From NCBI GenBank assembly GCA_963702435.1, contig CAVPCR010000003.1, positions 96,001-160,000 on the forward strand: a stretch of 64,000 nucleotides of DNA, written 5' to 3'. Position numbers and translations under genes: made by a program. The stretch's first letter is position 1. Each line of letters begins with the position of its first letter. The notes under the pieces are model-generated. The model saw only the letters and a program-made list of their open reading frames with translations. It did no database searches and was not told the DNA's origin. Below, one piece after another: positions 51,805 through 61,905 of this stretch. Origin of the DNA: Candidatus Eiseniibacteriota bacterium (GTDB taxonomy: Bacteria > Eisenbacteria > RBG-16-71-46 > CAVPCR01).

Positions 51805-52484
51805 GCCTTCCTCCGTGCCGGTTCGAGGCTCCGGCGAATGAAACCCACCACGTGATCCACGACGCGGCGGTGCACCTTCGGATCGGCCGCGTCCACCCCG
51901 AACGCGTCGTTGAGGCGATGGCGAAGGAGCGCGATGTAGACCGGCTGGGCCACGATGCTCACGGTCATGAGCGCGGGGTCCCCCGGCCCGATGGTGCCGT
52001 CCGCCTGCCCGGCTGCGATGGCCGCCGAGAAGCGAGCGAGCACCCCCTGCATCATGCGCCGGACGGGCTCCGGAGCGGGGCGGTCGGCGGCCAGCTCGCG
52101 ACTCATGAGGGCGGGCAGATCGCGGTTGGCCGCCTGATGGGCGAAGATGGCGCGGACGCCGGCCTCGATGCGCGCGAGCGGCGCCGTCCCCGGATCGCCC
52201 ATGGCCAGGTCCAGTCGAGTGAGAAGCGGCTTGCAGCAAGCGGCCAGAACCTCGTGGTAGAGCGTCTCTTTGCTGCCATAGTGGTAGGTGATGGCGCCGA
52301 GATTCGCCCCGGCCGCGGCGGTGATGGCCCGGACCGAAGTGCCCTCGTAGCCGCGGCGGGCGAAGAGGCGGCGGGCGGCGATGAGCAGAAGGCCGGCGGT
52401 GTCCCCGGCGGCGGGCCGGCGGCTGCCGGGGCCGGTGCGGGTGCTGGTGCGGGTGCTGGGGGGCCGAGCCGTCGCGTGTTTCAT
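51801..52484 (-). CDS. TetR/AcrR-family regulator
   Basis: LLIAARRLFARRGYEGTSVRAITAAAGANLGAITYHYGSKETLY. First gene of the efflux operon. Confidence 0.92.
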   Translation of the reverse strand: MKHATARPPSTRTSTRTGPGSRRPAAGDTAGLLLIAARRLFARRGYEGTSVRAITAAAGANLGAITYHYGSKETLYHEVLAACCKPLLTRLDLAMGDPGTAPLARIEAGVRAIFAHQAANRDLPALMSRELAADRPAPEPVRRMMQGVLARFSAAIAAGQADGTIGPGDPALMTVSIVAQPVYIALLRHRLNDAFGVDAADPKVHRRVVDHVVGFIRRSLEPARRKA

Positions 52485-52496
52485 ACATACGTATGA
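52481..52496. promoter_or_regulatory. Probable TetR operator palindrome overlapping the tetR start codon
   Basis: TCATAC-ATAC-GTATGA inverted repeat, containing the perfect palindrome CATACGTATG, AT-rich in a GC-rich background. Confidence 0.65.
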
Positions 52497-52565
52497 TTGC
52501 GCAGGATGGCCGGCGATGCAATAGCCTCTCTGCAGTTTCGAGGCAGAGACTGGAGGGAGCCAGGA

Positions 52566-53036
52566 ATGCAGGCCCGCGCCGCGTACCGCTTCGCCTGGGT
52601 GGCGGAGCCCTTCGCCGAGGAGGCGACCCACGTCGAGCGGCCCCTGTTCGGCTGCCCCGCCCACTACCTCGCCGGGCGTCTCGTCCTCGTGCGCGCGGCG
52701 CGCGGGGCTCCGCCCTGGGAGGGTCTCCTCTTCCCCACCGAGCGGGACCGGCATGCGGCCCTGTGCGCCGAGTACCCGGCGCTCGAGCCTCATCCGGTGC
52801 TCGGGAAGTGGCTCTACCTGCCGGCGTCGAGCCCGGAGTTCGAGGGGACCGCGGAGGCTCTCGCGGAACGCATCCGGGCCCGCGACCCCCGCCTCGGGAT
52901 CGAGCCCGCGGGGCCGAAGAAGGATGCGGCGCCAAGGGAGGACCTGCCCGGCCGGCGCGCGGAGCACCCGTCCCGCCGGGGCGCTCCGCGCCGCGGCGGG
53001 TCTACTCCCCGAGGAGCGTCCGCACGTCGAGGATGA
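52566..53036 (+). CDS. Hypothetical protein (TfoX-N-like pattern)
   Basis: RPLFGCPAHYLAGRLVL, W.GLL..T, HPVLGKWLYL. GGAGGGAG SD. Confidence 0.65.
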   Translation: MQARAAYRFAWVAEPFAEEATHVERPLFGCPAHYLAGRLVLVRAARGAPPWEGLLFPTERDRHAALCAEYPALEPHPVLGKWLYLPASSPEFEGTAEALAERIRARDPRLGIEPAGPKKDAAPREDLPGRRAEHPSRRGAPRRGGSTPRGASARRG

Positions 53037-54474
53037 GGTCGATGCGGCGGTTCTGACCCCGCCCCGCCTCGGTGTCGTTCGTGGCGATCGGTGCCGCCTC
53101 CCCGCGCCCGACGGTGGTCACCAGGCGATCGGAGAGGTCCATGTTGGTCTCGAGGTAGGTGCGCACCGCCGCGGCGCGCGCCGCCGACAGGGCGAGGTTC
53201 TTCTTCTCATCGCCCTTCGAGTCGGTGTGCCCTTCGATCGCGAGCGCGGCTCCCGGGAGCTCGCGGAGCGCCCGCATCACCTGGGCAAGGAGCGGATAGC
53301 TCGCGGGCAGAATCACGTCATCGCCCTCGGCGAAGCGCACGCCCTTGAGCCGGAGGACCAGGTTACCTCCCTCGCGCCCGAGCACCGCATCCTCGGGCGA
53401 GAAGAGCTCGCGCACGCGCCGGAAGCGCTCCTCGCGCTCGCGCTGCACGGCAAGCTCCGCGCTCAGGCCGCGCTCGCGGGCGCCGAGCGCGGCGATCTCC
53501 TCGCGCGCGCGGCTGAGATCCCGGGCGATGGCCTCGCGCTCGCCGTGGAGCGCGGCGATCCCGCTCTGGATCTCCGTACTGGCGGCCGCGAGCCCCGCGC
53601 GCGGATCGGCGCCGAGGTCGGGGTCCTGGCCGAGGGCGCTGCCGATCGCCTCGAACTCGGCCGCGACCGCGAGGACGAACGTCTCGTAGGCGCCTTTCTC
53701 CCTGCCGGCCGCCTGCGCTCCCGCGGCGATGGCGCCGGCGCGCGCGGCCCACACGGTCGCCGCAGCGGCCTTCGACTCGGCCTCGCTCCGGCGGGATCGA
53801 TCGGTGGCGAGCAGGTCCTCCGCTCTGGCGATCTCGTCGCGGGCCCGGGTAAGGCTCTCCGGCGCCCAGGCCGCGGCCCCTGCCTTCTCGGCCTCGGCGA
53901 GACGGGCGCGCGCCTCTCCGAGGACGGCGCCATCGATCGCCGCGAGCTCCGCCGCGCGGAAGCGGCGCTCGGCATCCGCTGCCTTGATGCGCGCCGCGTC
54001 CATGTCGTCGCCGGCCGCCTTGGTCGCGGCATCGTGAAAGTCCCTCTCGCCCGCGGTGTAGGTCTCCGCGGCGAGCGAGTCGGCGCCGGCCGCCAGCGCG
54101 GCGTCCCCGGCGGCAAGGGCCACCCCGAGGACGTCACGCGTCTTCTCGGCGGTGGTCATGGCGAGGGCGATCGCATCCGCGGCGCGGGTCAGGCGCTTCT
54201 CGATGTCCTCGGGCTTCGCGCCGCGCGCCGCGAGATCGCGCGCCGCGCCCACCTCGCGCTCGGCGGACTCGAACTGGCGCGGCGCGAGCAGATCGGCCCG
54301 CGCGTCGCGGGCCGCGGTGAGGAGGCGTTCGACCGAGGCGACAGCGGTCGCTTCCTCCCCCGCCGCCGACCGCGAAGGCGGAGCCGCCGCGCCGGCCGCG
54401 GCGAGGGCGAGCCAGAGCCCGAGCACGGCGCCGGGCCTGCCCTCGAGCGGCCGCCGCTGGAAGGCGAACGCCAT
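53002..54474 (-). CDS. OmpA-family peptidoglycan-binding protein with helical N-terminal repeats
   Basis: Signal peptide and C-terminal IEGHTDSKG..NLALSAARAAAV..G.GEAAPIATN....GRGQNRRID. Confidence 0.88.
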   Translation of the reverse strand: MAFAFQRRPLEGRPGAVLGLWLALAAAGAAAPPSRSAAGEEATAVASVERLLTAARDARADLLAPRQFESAEREVGAARDLAARGAKPEDIEKRLTRAADAIALAMTTAEKTRDVLGVALAAGDAALAAGADSLAAETYTAGERDFHDAATKAAGDDMDAARIKAADAERRFRAAELAAIDGAVLGEARARLAEAEKAGAAAWAPESLTRARDEIARAEDLLATDRSRRSEAESKAAAATVWAARAGAIAAGAQAAGREKGAYETFVLAVAAEFEAIGSALGQDPDLGADPRAGLAAASTEIQSGIAALHGEREAIARDLSRAREEIAALGARERGLSAELAVQREREERFRRVRELFSPEDAVLGREGGNLVLRLKGVRFAEGDDVILPASYPLLAQVMRALRELPGAALAIEGHTDSKGDEKKNLALSAARAAAVRTYLETNMDLSDRLVTTVGRGEAAPIATNDTEAGRGQNRRIDLILDVRTLLGE

Positions 54475-54647
54475 CAGTAACCCGACAGCAGATCGTCGAG
54501 GATGCCCCAGATCATGACGGCGACGAGGAAGACGAAGAGCGCGATGGGAAACAGGAGGAGCAGCTTCCGCGTCCAGCCCTGGGGCGGGCGTGCCTCGTCC
54601 TTCCGGTCGCGAGGCTGGCGTTCATCAACGGAGTGCTTGGTGCTCAT
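54474..54647 (-). CDS. Small single-pass membrane protein (57 aa)
   Basis: Charged N-terminus then LLLLFPIALFVFLVAVMIWGIL. Stop overlaps the ompA-like start. Promoter TTGACC-17-TAGGTT ends 7 nt before the ATG. Confidence 0.65.
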   Translation of the reverse strand: MSTKHSVDERQPRDRKDEARPPQGWTRKLLLLFPIALFVFLVAVMIWGILDDLLSGY

Positions 54648-54679
54648 CGGCGCGAACCTAGACCACGGGCGTCCGCCGG

Positions 54680-56275
54680 TCAACCACCGGCGCCGCCCGC
54701 CAGGAGATAGGCCATGGTCGGGATCGGTGACCCGACCGGGCCCTCGATCGCGGTGTAGGCGATGTCGAGGTGGATCCAGGGCACCTTCTCGTCGATCGCC
54801 TTCGAGAGGAAGCCGCCGCCCTTGGCGGTGCCGGCGCCGAACTTCTGATCGCCGTCGTTGTCGAGATCAGCGATCTTGCCGTGCATCACCTCGACGAAGT
54901 TCTTCTCGTAGTCGGCGACCAGGAACTCCGAGTTCGGCAGATCGTGCGAGAGAGGCAGGACCCAGGCCTTCTCCCCCGCCGCGCGCGCCGCGGCGAGGAG
55001 CCGCTCGCGATCGCCGACGCCCTTCTTGTTGGACATGACCCCGATCGTGTCCGGACCGAGGGCCATCTTGACCGCGCCGGTCAGGGTCGCCGCGTCGACG
55101 ACCAGGTCGGGGGCGTGCGCCTCGCGCGCATAGACGAGCTGATCGTAGAGGACCAGGCGGCCCTCGGCGTCGGTGTGGCCGACGAGCGTCGTGCGTCCGT
55201 CGCGGTGCACGATGACCTCGTCCGTCTTGTAGGCGCGCGGGCCGTCCATGTTCTCGGCGGCGCCGGCGAGACCGATCACCCGGACGGCGGGCGCGAGCTT
55301 CGACACGAGCTCCATGAGCGCGACGACGGCCGCTGCCCCGGCCATGTCGCGATTCATCTGGTTCATGAAGGAACCCTTCGACTGGAGCCCGCCGCAGTCG
55401 AAGGTGACCCCCTTGCCGACGAACACGACCGTGCGTTCCGCCTTCACCGGCGGCTCGTAGATCCACTCGATCTGCGTCACCGGGACGGCGGCCCCGCGCC
55501 CGACGGCCAGGAGCCCGGCGAGACGTTCCTCCCGGATGCGCTCCGCGGACCAGCGCGTGAAGCGGATGTGCGGGAGCCCCTGCGCGCGGCGCTCCGCCTC
55601 CACGGCGAAGGTCTCCGGGTTCACGCGGTCCGGCGGCTCGAAGGTGAGTCCCTTGGCGAGGCAGGCGGCCTCGGCGATGGCCTGGCCCCGGGCGATGGCG
55701 GCCGCGAGGGCGGGAGCCGGGTTCGGGGCGACCAGGAGCCGCACCTCCTCGATCCCGCGGATGCGCTCCCGGGACTTGTACTTCATCCAGTGGAAGTTGC
55801 CGTAGAGAATGCCCTCGACGAGCGCGCTCACGTCCGCGCCGGCGGTGAGGAAGCGTGACGGCACCACGAGCCCGAGCTTCTTCACGTGCTTGCGGAGCGC
55901 GCGCGCGAGCTGATCGGCCTTGACGCGTAGCCCCGGCGTTCCGATGCCGTCGGGGAGCGCCACCACCTTGAGACGGCGGCGGCGGCCGGCCCAGGGGTAG
56001 AGATACTCGCGGTCGCCGGTGTTCTCGTCGGGTTCTTCCTCGCTGCCCTCCGGCGGCGCCGCCTGATAGCGATCGAGATCGCCGTTCACGAGGCCGGCGA
56101 TCGCACGCGCGAGCTCTCCCTGCGCATCGCGCGCGGCGAGGTCTCCGTTCCCGAGAAAGAGCGCCACCGCATCCAGGTCGCCGAAGAAGTCGCCGGCCGC
56201 GCCGGGACCCGCCGCGTGCACGCGCACCGCGGGCTGTCCGCTCTCACCCAGAGGAAGCCGCTGGAAGTCGTTCAT
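54680..56275 (-). CDS. M17 leucyl aminopeptidase family (divergent)
   Basis: VGKGVTFDCGG, DMAGAAAV, AENM, HTDAEGRLVL, DAATLTGA, WIHLDIA. Confidence 0.9.
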   Translation of the reverse strand: MNDFQRLPLGESGQPAVRVHAAGPGAAGDFFGDLDAVALFLGNGDLAARDAQGELARAIAGLVNGDLDRYQAAPPEGSEEEPDENTGDREYLYPWAGRRRRLKVVALPDGIGTPGLRVKADQLARALRKHVKKLGLVVPSRFLTAGADVSALVEGILYGNFHWMKYKSRERIRGIEEVRLLVAPNPAPALAAAIARGQAIAEAACLAKGLTFEPPDRVNPETFAVEAERRAQGLPHIRFTRWSAERIREERLAGLLAVGRGAAVPVTQIEWIYEPPVKAERTVVFVGKGVTFDCGGLQSKGSFMNQMNRDMAGAAAVVALMELVSKLAPAVRVIGLAGAAENMDGPRAYKTDEVIVHRDGRTTLVGHTDAEGRLVLYDQLVYAREAHAPDLVVDAATLTGAVKMALGPDTIGVMSNKKGVGDRERLLAAARAAGEKAWVLPLSHDLPNSEFLVADYEKNFVEVMHGKIADLDNDGDQKFGAGTAKGGGFLSKAIDEKVPWIHLDIAYTAIEGPVGSPIPTMAYLLAGGAGG

Positions 56276-56446
56276 ACTGGTTCCGTTCGTGGTCCCTGGT
56301 TGGTGGTCCCTGGTTCGTGGTCCTGATCGCGATCGGGCCGGCGCGCGGCCGCGCCGCGTCGAGTCCGCCGCGGCGCTCCGGCGCTCCGGCGCGCGGAAAA
56401 GCGATCAGTCTAGCACGGGCGGCCCCGGGGCCGTATCCTCCCGCGC

Positions 56447-57391
56447 ATGCCTGGAACTGCCGCGCGCGCACCGAGCGCACCGCCCAGCCGCCTCGGGGCG
56501 GTGCTCGCCCTTGCCGGGCAGACGGCGATCGCCGCGAGCACCTTCGTCATCGCCAAGCAGGCATTGGCCTCGTTTCGACCCCTCGAGCTCGCAGGGCTCC
56601 GCCTGATCGGGGCCGCGTGCGTGATGGGCGGCCTCGCCGCCATCGCGCGCCGCGGCGGTCTCTCGTTCCGCGGGCGCGCGCGCGATCTCGTCGCGCTGGG
56701 TTTCATCGGCGTGACGGTCAATCAGATCTGCTTTCTCGCGGGACTCGCCCGCTCGACGCCGACGCACGCGGCGCTCCTCTACGCGCTGACGCCGGCCTTC
56801 GTGCATCTCCTCGCGCTCGCCTCCGGCGACGAGCGCCCGAACCTGCGCCTTGCCCTCGGCATCGCGATTGCCATGGGCGGGGCGGCTCTCGTCATCGCCG
56901 CGCGGAGTCAGGGCAGCGCCATGCGGGCGACCCTCGGCGGCGACCTCCTCATCCTGGTCGGGGTCGTGGCCTGGGCCGTGTACTCGGCGCGCGCCCGGAG
57001 CGCCGTGCGGGCGATGGGCGCCCTCCGCTTCACCGCGACGACTCTCGTCGCGGGCGCGGTGTGCGGACTGCCGCTCACGCTCCCGGGGCTGCGTGCGCTC
57101 GAGCCGGCGACCATTCCTCTCGGCGCGTGGGGGGGGCTCGCCTTCCTGATTGTCTTCACGTCGGGGCTCGCCTATGCGCTGTGGACCTGGGCGCTGCGCG
57201 GACTCACCGCGAGCCAGGTCGCGGTGTTCGCGAACGCGCAGCCGGTGGCGACGGCGCTCCTCTCCTACACTGTGCTCGGCGAGTCGGTGGGGCTTCCCCT
57301 CGTCGCCGGCGGCGCTCTCGTTCTCGCCGGCGTCGCCCTGACCCAGGGGCGGCGGCCCGGGCCGGAGCCCGTGGCCGCGGCCCCCGATTGA
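56447..57391 (+). CDS. EamA/DMT family transporter
   Basis: About 10 hydrophobic helices in two repeats, AALLYALTP, GDLLIL, QPVATALL....LGE. Confidence 0.88.
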   Translation: MPGTAARAPSAPPSRLGAVLALAGQTAIAASTFVIAKQALASFRPLELAGLRLIGAACVMGGLAAIARRGGLSFRGRARDLVALGFIGVTVNQICFLAGLARSTPTHAALLYALTPAFVHLLALASGDERPNLRLALGIAIAMGGAALVIAARSQGSAMRATLGGDLLILVGVVAWAVYSARARSAVRAMGALRFTATTLVAGAVCGLPLTLPGLRALEPATIPLGAWGGLAFLIVFTSGLAYALWTWALRGLTASQVAVFANAQPVATALLSYTVLGESVGLPLVAGGALVLAGVALTQGRRPGPEPVAAAPD

Positions 57392-57428
57392 CGGCGAGCG
57401 CGGCGCTCGACTAGCCTCGGCGCCCACC

Positions 57429-58505
57429 ATGATGCCATCGAGATCCGCTCCGGACGCGCTCGCGCGCGTGATCGATCGCCTCGCGCGCTTCATCGACATC
57501 CCGTCCGTGACGGGCGAGGAGGAGGCCTACGCGCACGCCGCGGCGGAGGTTCTCGCGGAGCTCGGCTTCGCGGTCGAGCTCCGGCCGGTCGCGCCCGGGC
57601 GCCCGAACGTGCTCGCGCGTCGCGGGCGGGGCCGCCTGCTCTTCGCGACCCATCTCGACACGGTGCCGCCCTTCCTCCCGGCGCGCCGCGCTCGAGACCG
57701 CGTCTGCGGGCGCGGCGCCTGCGATACGAAAGGCCTCTTCGCGTGCATGCTCGAAGCGGCCGCGCTCCTCATCGCGGAGGGACACGAGGATCTCGCCTTT
57801 CTTCTTCTCGTGGGCGAGGAGGTGGATCACCTGGGGGCGAAGGCGGCGCGGAGCTACGGCCTCGCAGCCGAGGCGGTCCTGCTCGGCGAGCCGACCGAGC
57901 TCGCGCTCATGCGCGCGCAGAAGGGAGTCCTCCGCCTCACGCTCGAGGCGAGCGGGCGGGCTGCACACTCCGGCTATCCGGAGCGAGGCGAATCGGCGAT
58001 CGAGAAGCTCCTCGCCGCGCTCGAGCGGATTCGCGCCGTCCCGCTCGGGTCGGATCCGCTGCTCGGCCGGGCCTACCTGAACGTCGGCACGATCCGGGGC
58101 GGAGTCGCCGCCAACGTGCTCGCGCCGGACGCGGGTGCGGAGATCATGATCCGCACGGTGGCGCCCGGTGCGGAGCTTGCGGAACGGCTGCGGGCCGCGG
58201 CCGGGGACCTGGTCCGCGTCACCGTGGGCACGTGCACCGATCCCGAGTGCCTCCACGTCCTCGCGGGCTACCCGACCGCGGTGGCCGGATTCGCCACCGA
58301 TGCGCCCTACCTCGCGGCGATCGGCCCGGTCCTCCTTACCGGACCCGGCTCGATCCTGGCCGCGCACACGGCCGACGAGCACATCATGCACGCCGACCTC
58401 GCCGCCGGGGTCGCCCTCTACGTGGACCTCGCGCGCCGACTCCTCGGCGGCGCGCCGCTCCTCCCCGGCGCGCCTCCGGTCCCCGCGGACCCCGCGGCCG
58501 CCTAG
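57429..58505 (+). CDS. M20/ArgE-DapE family metallohydrolase
   Basis: IPSVTGEE, THLDTVPP, GRGACDTKG, VGEEV, GEPT, GRAAHSGYP, GPGSI..AHTADE. Confidence 0.9.
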   Translation: MMPSRSAPDALARVIDRLARFIDIPSVTGEEEAYAHAAAEVLAELGFAVELRPVAPGRPNVLARRGRGRLLFATHLDTVPPFLPARRARDRVCGRGACDTKGLFACMLEAAALLIAEGHEDLAFLLLVGEEVDHLGAKAARSYGLAAEAVLLGEPTELALMRAQKGVLRLTLEASGRAAHSGYPERGESAIEKLLAALERIRAVPLGSDPLLGRAYLNVGTIRGGVAANVLAPDAGAEIMIRTVAPGAELAERLRAAAGDLVRVTVGTCTDPECLHVLAGYPTAVAGFATDAPYLAAIGPVLLTGPGSILAAHTADEHIMHADLAAGVALYVDLARRLLGGAPLLPGAPPVPADPAAA

Positions 58506-59530
58506 GGCTCGGGGTCCGGAGGTCGTCCGCCGGCGTCGGCGTCCGCTCCGGGCGGCGCACCGGATTCCGCCCGTTCCCATGCGGCGAGCCGCGCGCGCAG
58601 CCGGCGGCGACGGAGGACATAGCCGAGCACGACGAGGAGCGCCATCAGGAAGAAGGGCGAGACGCTACGCCGGAGAACGCTGAGGAGAAACCCGTGCGGC
58701 GCCTGTTCCTTGCGCAGCGCTCGATCGAGCCCGTCGGTGTCGAGCCCGGTCGTCGCGCGAAGCGCGGTCGCGAACGGAACGCCGCGCGCGAGCGCACCGC
58801 CGAGCGCCGCCACCGTGCCGGGGCCGGGCCGCCGCTCGAGGAGCTCGATCGCCAGCTGGCTCTTCACGTAGGCGATGCGCATCGCGGCGGGATCCTCGGG
58901 AAAGTGATCGGCGAGGCGCGCGAGAGCGAGGTCGGGAGCCGCTTCGGAGACGACGAAGTCGAGCGCCCCGATCTCGGTCAGCCCGCCGGCGAACCAGCTC
59001 GCGGTGCCCTCGTCGTACCAGCGCGGGATGGGGCCGCCGGCTTCCGCCGCAACGCCCATCGCGAGGTGCGCGAGCTCGTGCCGGAGCACGCCGGCCGGGC
59101 CGCGCTCCGGCCCGGGCACGAGGAGCGATGCGTTGAGCGCGGCCACCTGCCGGCCGGGGAGCGCGACGCCGAGGAGCGTAGCGGTGCGGCCGCGGCCCGC
59201 GAAGCGAGCGAAGGTGGCCTGATCGCCGCAGATCATCACCTCGACGCGAGGCGGCAGGCCGACACCGAGCCGCGCCGGGAGCTCTCGCGCGGCGGCGGCG
59301 GCGACGGGGGCCAGGTCCCGCGCCAGGCCGGTGACTGGCCCGACCTCGGTGAGGACGATCCGGCCGGTGGGATGCTCGACCACGCTCGGCGCGGCGGCGT
59401 TCGCCGTGTTCGCGGCCGCTCCGAGGGCCAGGAGCACGAGCCAGCCGAGGCGGCGGCCGAGGCTGTGGGCCGCTCTCCGCAGTCCTCGCTTCCGGTGTCT
59501 CGATATGAGATGATTAACCTGGATGTTCAT
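58502..59530 (-). CDS. Peptidase MA-like zinc metallohydrolase with a C-terminal TM helix
   Basis: VLRHELAH (HExxH), PRWYDEGTA, signal-like N-terminus. Start uncertain. Confidence 0.8.
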   Translation of the reverse strand: MNIQVNHLISRHRKRGLRRAAHSLGRRLGWLVLLALGAAANTANAAAPSVVEHPTGRIVLTEVGPVTGLARDLAPVAAAAARELPARLGVGLPPRVEVMICGDQATFARFAGRGRTATLLGVALPGRQVAALNASLLVPGPERGPAGVLRHELAHLAMGVAAEAGGPIPRWYDEGTASWFAGGLTEIGALDFVVSEAAPDLALARLADHFPEDPAAMRIAYVKSQLAIELLERRPGPGTVAALGGALARGVPFATALRATTGLDTDGLDRALRKEQAPHGFLLSVLRRSVSPFFLMALLVVLGYVLRRRRLRARLAAWERAESGAPPGADADAGGRPPDPEP

Positions 59531-59549
59531 TTATCCTCAACAAACCTCG

Positions 59550-61700
59550 ATGATCCGCATCCTAGCATTGCACCTCGCCTCCCACCTTGCACTCGCCGCG
59601 GCCCTGATCGGTGCCCTTCTCCTCGTGCCCGGAACCGCCCCGGGCGGAGCTCCGGTCACCGCTCGTTCTCCCGTGCGCGCGGTCCTTGTCCGGGTCGCGG
59701 CGCCGGCCGATCTGGGTGCGCTGACCCGGTTCGGCGCCGACATCCTCGGACGCCTCGATCCCACCAGCGTCCGCGTCGCGGCCACGGATGAGCAGATCGC
59801 CGCCTTTCGCGACCGCGGCTGGCGCGTGACCGTTCTCGAGCCGGACCTCGAGGCGGCCATCCGGCGCCGGCTGGGTGCGGATGCCGTCGCCTATCACTCG
59901 CTCGACGAGATCGAGGCAGCGCTCGATCGCCTCCATGCCGAGCGGCCCGACCTGATCGGCCCGCGGGTCGTGATCGGACGGAGCTGGGAGGGGCGGCCGC
60001 TGTGGGCGGTCAGAGTGAGCGATCATCCGGCGGTCGACGAGGACGAGCCGGCGGTGCTCTTCGATGCGCTTCACCACGGACGCGAACCGGTCGGCATGGA
60101 GACCCTCCTCCACTTCATGCGAGAGATCGTCCGCCGGTACGACGCCGACCCCGCCATCCGCGCTCTGGTCGACGCGCGGGAGATCTGGTGCGTGCCGGTC
60201 GTCAATCCCGACGGCTATGCCTTCGGCGGGCCCGGCGGTCTCTGGCGCAAGAATCGGCGCCCGAACGCAGACGGTACCTTCGGCGTGGATCTGAACCGCA
60301 ACTACGCCCACGCCTGGGGCGCGGGCGACGCCGGATCGAGCCCGATCCCGGCGAGCGCCACCTACCGCGGGCCGGCGCCGTTCTCGGAGCCCGAGACGGC
60401 GGCGATGCGCGACTTCGCGGCGGCCCGGGGCTTCCGGACCGGGATGACCCTGCACGGATTCGGCGAGATGAACCTCCTTCCGGGCACCGGTGCCGGGCGG
60501 GGCCTCGCCGGTCCCGCCTTCCACGAGGAGGTGGCGCACGAGCTCGAACGCCTGACCGGCAATCCGCACGGGAAGCCGCACGAGCTCCTCTATCCGTCGA
60601 ACGGCCGGGCGCAGGACTGGTTCGCTGCGGAGCTCGGCATGCTGTCGATCCAGCCCGAGATCGGCACCGCGGCCGACGGCTTCTGGCCGTCGAGGAGTCG
60701 CCTGCACGCTCTCACCGCGAAGAACCTGCCGGCGCTCCTTCACATCGCGGCGATCGCCGGCCCCCATCCCGAGGCGATCGGCTTCCGCGTGCGCGAGGCA
60801 GGCGTGGCGGCAGCAGCGCCGGGCGAGGCGGCGATGAGCGGAGGGACGGTGACCGGAGTTCTCCCCGGGCGCACGGTGGAGATCGTGCTCGCGATCCGGA
60901 ACCGGGGACTCGCCCCCGCCGAGCATGTCACGCTCGAGATGACGACTCCGTCTCCCCACGCTCGCGTGCTCCGCGGGCGGGCGATCGCGGCCTCGATTCC
61001 CCCGGTCACGACCATCGAGCTCGAATCGGCGCCGCTCCTCGTGGCGGTGGCGGCGGATGCCCCGCCCGGGGAACCGCTCCTGCTCGAGATCGCGGCCACC
61101 TGCGCGGGCGCGGCGGCCCCGGCGGTCCAGCTCGAGCTCGTCCCCGGGACGCCGAGCCTCTTGTTCGCCGATCGCGGCGAAGCGGGACTCGCGAACTGGG
61201 TGGCGGAGCGGGGTTGGGGCCTCATCACCGGTGGGGCCGCAGACGGCCCGGCTTTCGCCGACAGCCCCGGCGGGGACTACGCCGCCCATGCCAACGCAGT
61301 CCTCGCGCTCAGGACCGCGCTCGATCTCCGCGGCGCCGAGCGTCCGGTGCTCTCCTATCGCGAGCGGATCGCAACCGAGCCGTGGCATGACCGCTGCCGC
61401 GTCGAGGCCTGGACGCCGGAGCGGGGTTGGGAACCCCTGTTCGTCCACCCGGGCGGGGTCGAGTCGACGGCGCGCCGCCGGGAGGTGTCCCTCGCGGCGT
61501 TCGCGGGCGAGCGGGAGGTGCGGCTCCGCTTCCGGTTGACGGCGAACGGGGAGCGGGAGGCCGACGGGTGGACGGTCGACGACATCGAGGTCTGGGCCTA
61601 CACCGGATCCGAGCGCCTGGCGCTCGGCACCACCGGGCGGCCTCCCTCCCCAACGCCGGCGGCGGCGGCCGGCGGGTCGCCGCTCGAAGCGGCCGAGTGA
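59550..61700 (+). CDS. Secreted M14 zinc carboxypeptidase (carboxypeptidase T-like) with accessory C-terminal domains
   Basis: IGRSWEGR, HHGRE, PVVNPDG, WRKNRR, GVDLNRNY, YRGPAPFSEPET, TLHG, catalytic PEIG. Confidence 0.9.
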   Translation: MIRILALHLASHLALAAALIGALLLVPGTAPGGAPVTARSPVRAVLVRVAAPADLGALTRFGADILGRLDPTSVRVAATDEQIAAFRDRGWRVTVLEPDLEAAIRRRLGADAVAYHSLDEIEAALDRLHAERPDLIGPRVVIGRSWEGRPLWAVRVSDHPAVDEDEPAVLFDALHHGREPVGMETLLHFMREIVRRYDADPAIRALVDAREIWCVPVVNPDGYAFGGPGGLWRKNRRPNADGTFGVDLNRNYAHAWGAGDAGSSPIPASATYRGPAPFSEPETAAMRDFAAARGFRTGMTLHGFGEMNLLPGTGAGRGLAGPAFHEEVAHELERLTGNPHGKPHELLYPSNGRAQDWFAAELGMLSIQPEIGTAADGFWPSRSRLHALTAKNLPALLHIAAIAGPHPEAIGFRVREAGVAAAAPGEAAMSGGTVTGVLPGRTVEIVLAIRNRGLAPAEHVTLEMTTPSPHARVLRGRAIAASIPPVTTIELESAPLLVAVAADAPPGEPLLLEIAATCAGAAAPAVQLELVPGTPSLLFADRGEAGLANWVAERGWGLITGGAADGPAFADSPGGDYAAHANAVLALRTALDLRGAERPVLSYRERIATEPWHDRCRVEAWTPERGWEPLFVHPGGVESTARRREVSLAAFAGEREVRLRFRLTANGEREADGWTVDDIEVWAYTGSERLALGTTGRPPSPTPAAAAGGSPLEAAE

Positions 61701-61723
61701 GCCCGGCGCTCATCTCACCCGCC

Positions 61724-61793
61724 GGAAAAGAAGAAGACCCAGAAGCACTTGCGGCGAACCGCCCCCGGCGGACCACCCGGGGACTTCTGGGTC
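61724..61793 (-). terminator. Intrinsic terminator-like hairpin
   Basis: 10-bp arms GACCCAGAAG/CTTCTGGGTC (61736-61745, 61784-61793) followed on the minus strand by TTCTTCTTTT. Confidence 0.65.
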
Positions 61794-61860
61794 CGGTGTC
61801 CTGATTTGGATTTCGCAGACCGCCCGTCTGCGAAGGGTAGACCTTCCAGCTAGACGGACG

Positions 61861-61905
61861 TCAGCGAGCAGGCACCTCGCTGGTCACGGAACTATGGTAT
61901 TTCAT
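61861..61905 (-). CDS. Putative 14-aa small ORF MKYHSSVTSEVPAR
   Basis: ATG AAA TAC CAT AGT TCC GTG ACC AGC GAG GTG CCT GCT CGC TGA, preceded by GAAAGGAGGTGGTCCA. Confidence 0.55.
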   Translation of the reverse strand: MKYHSSVTSEVPAR

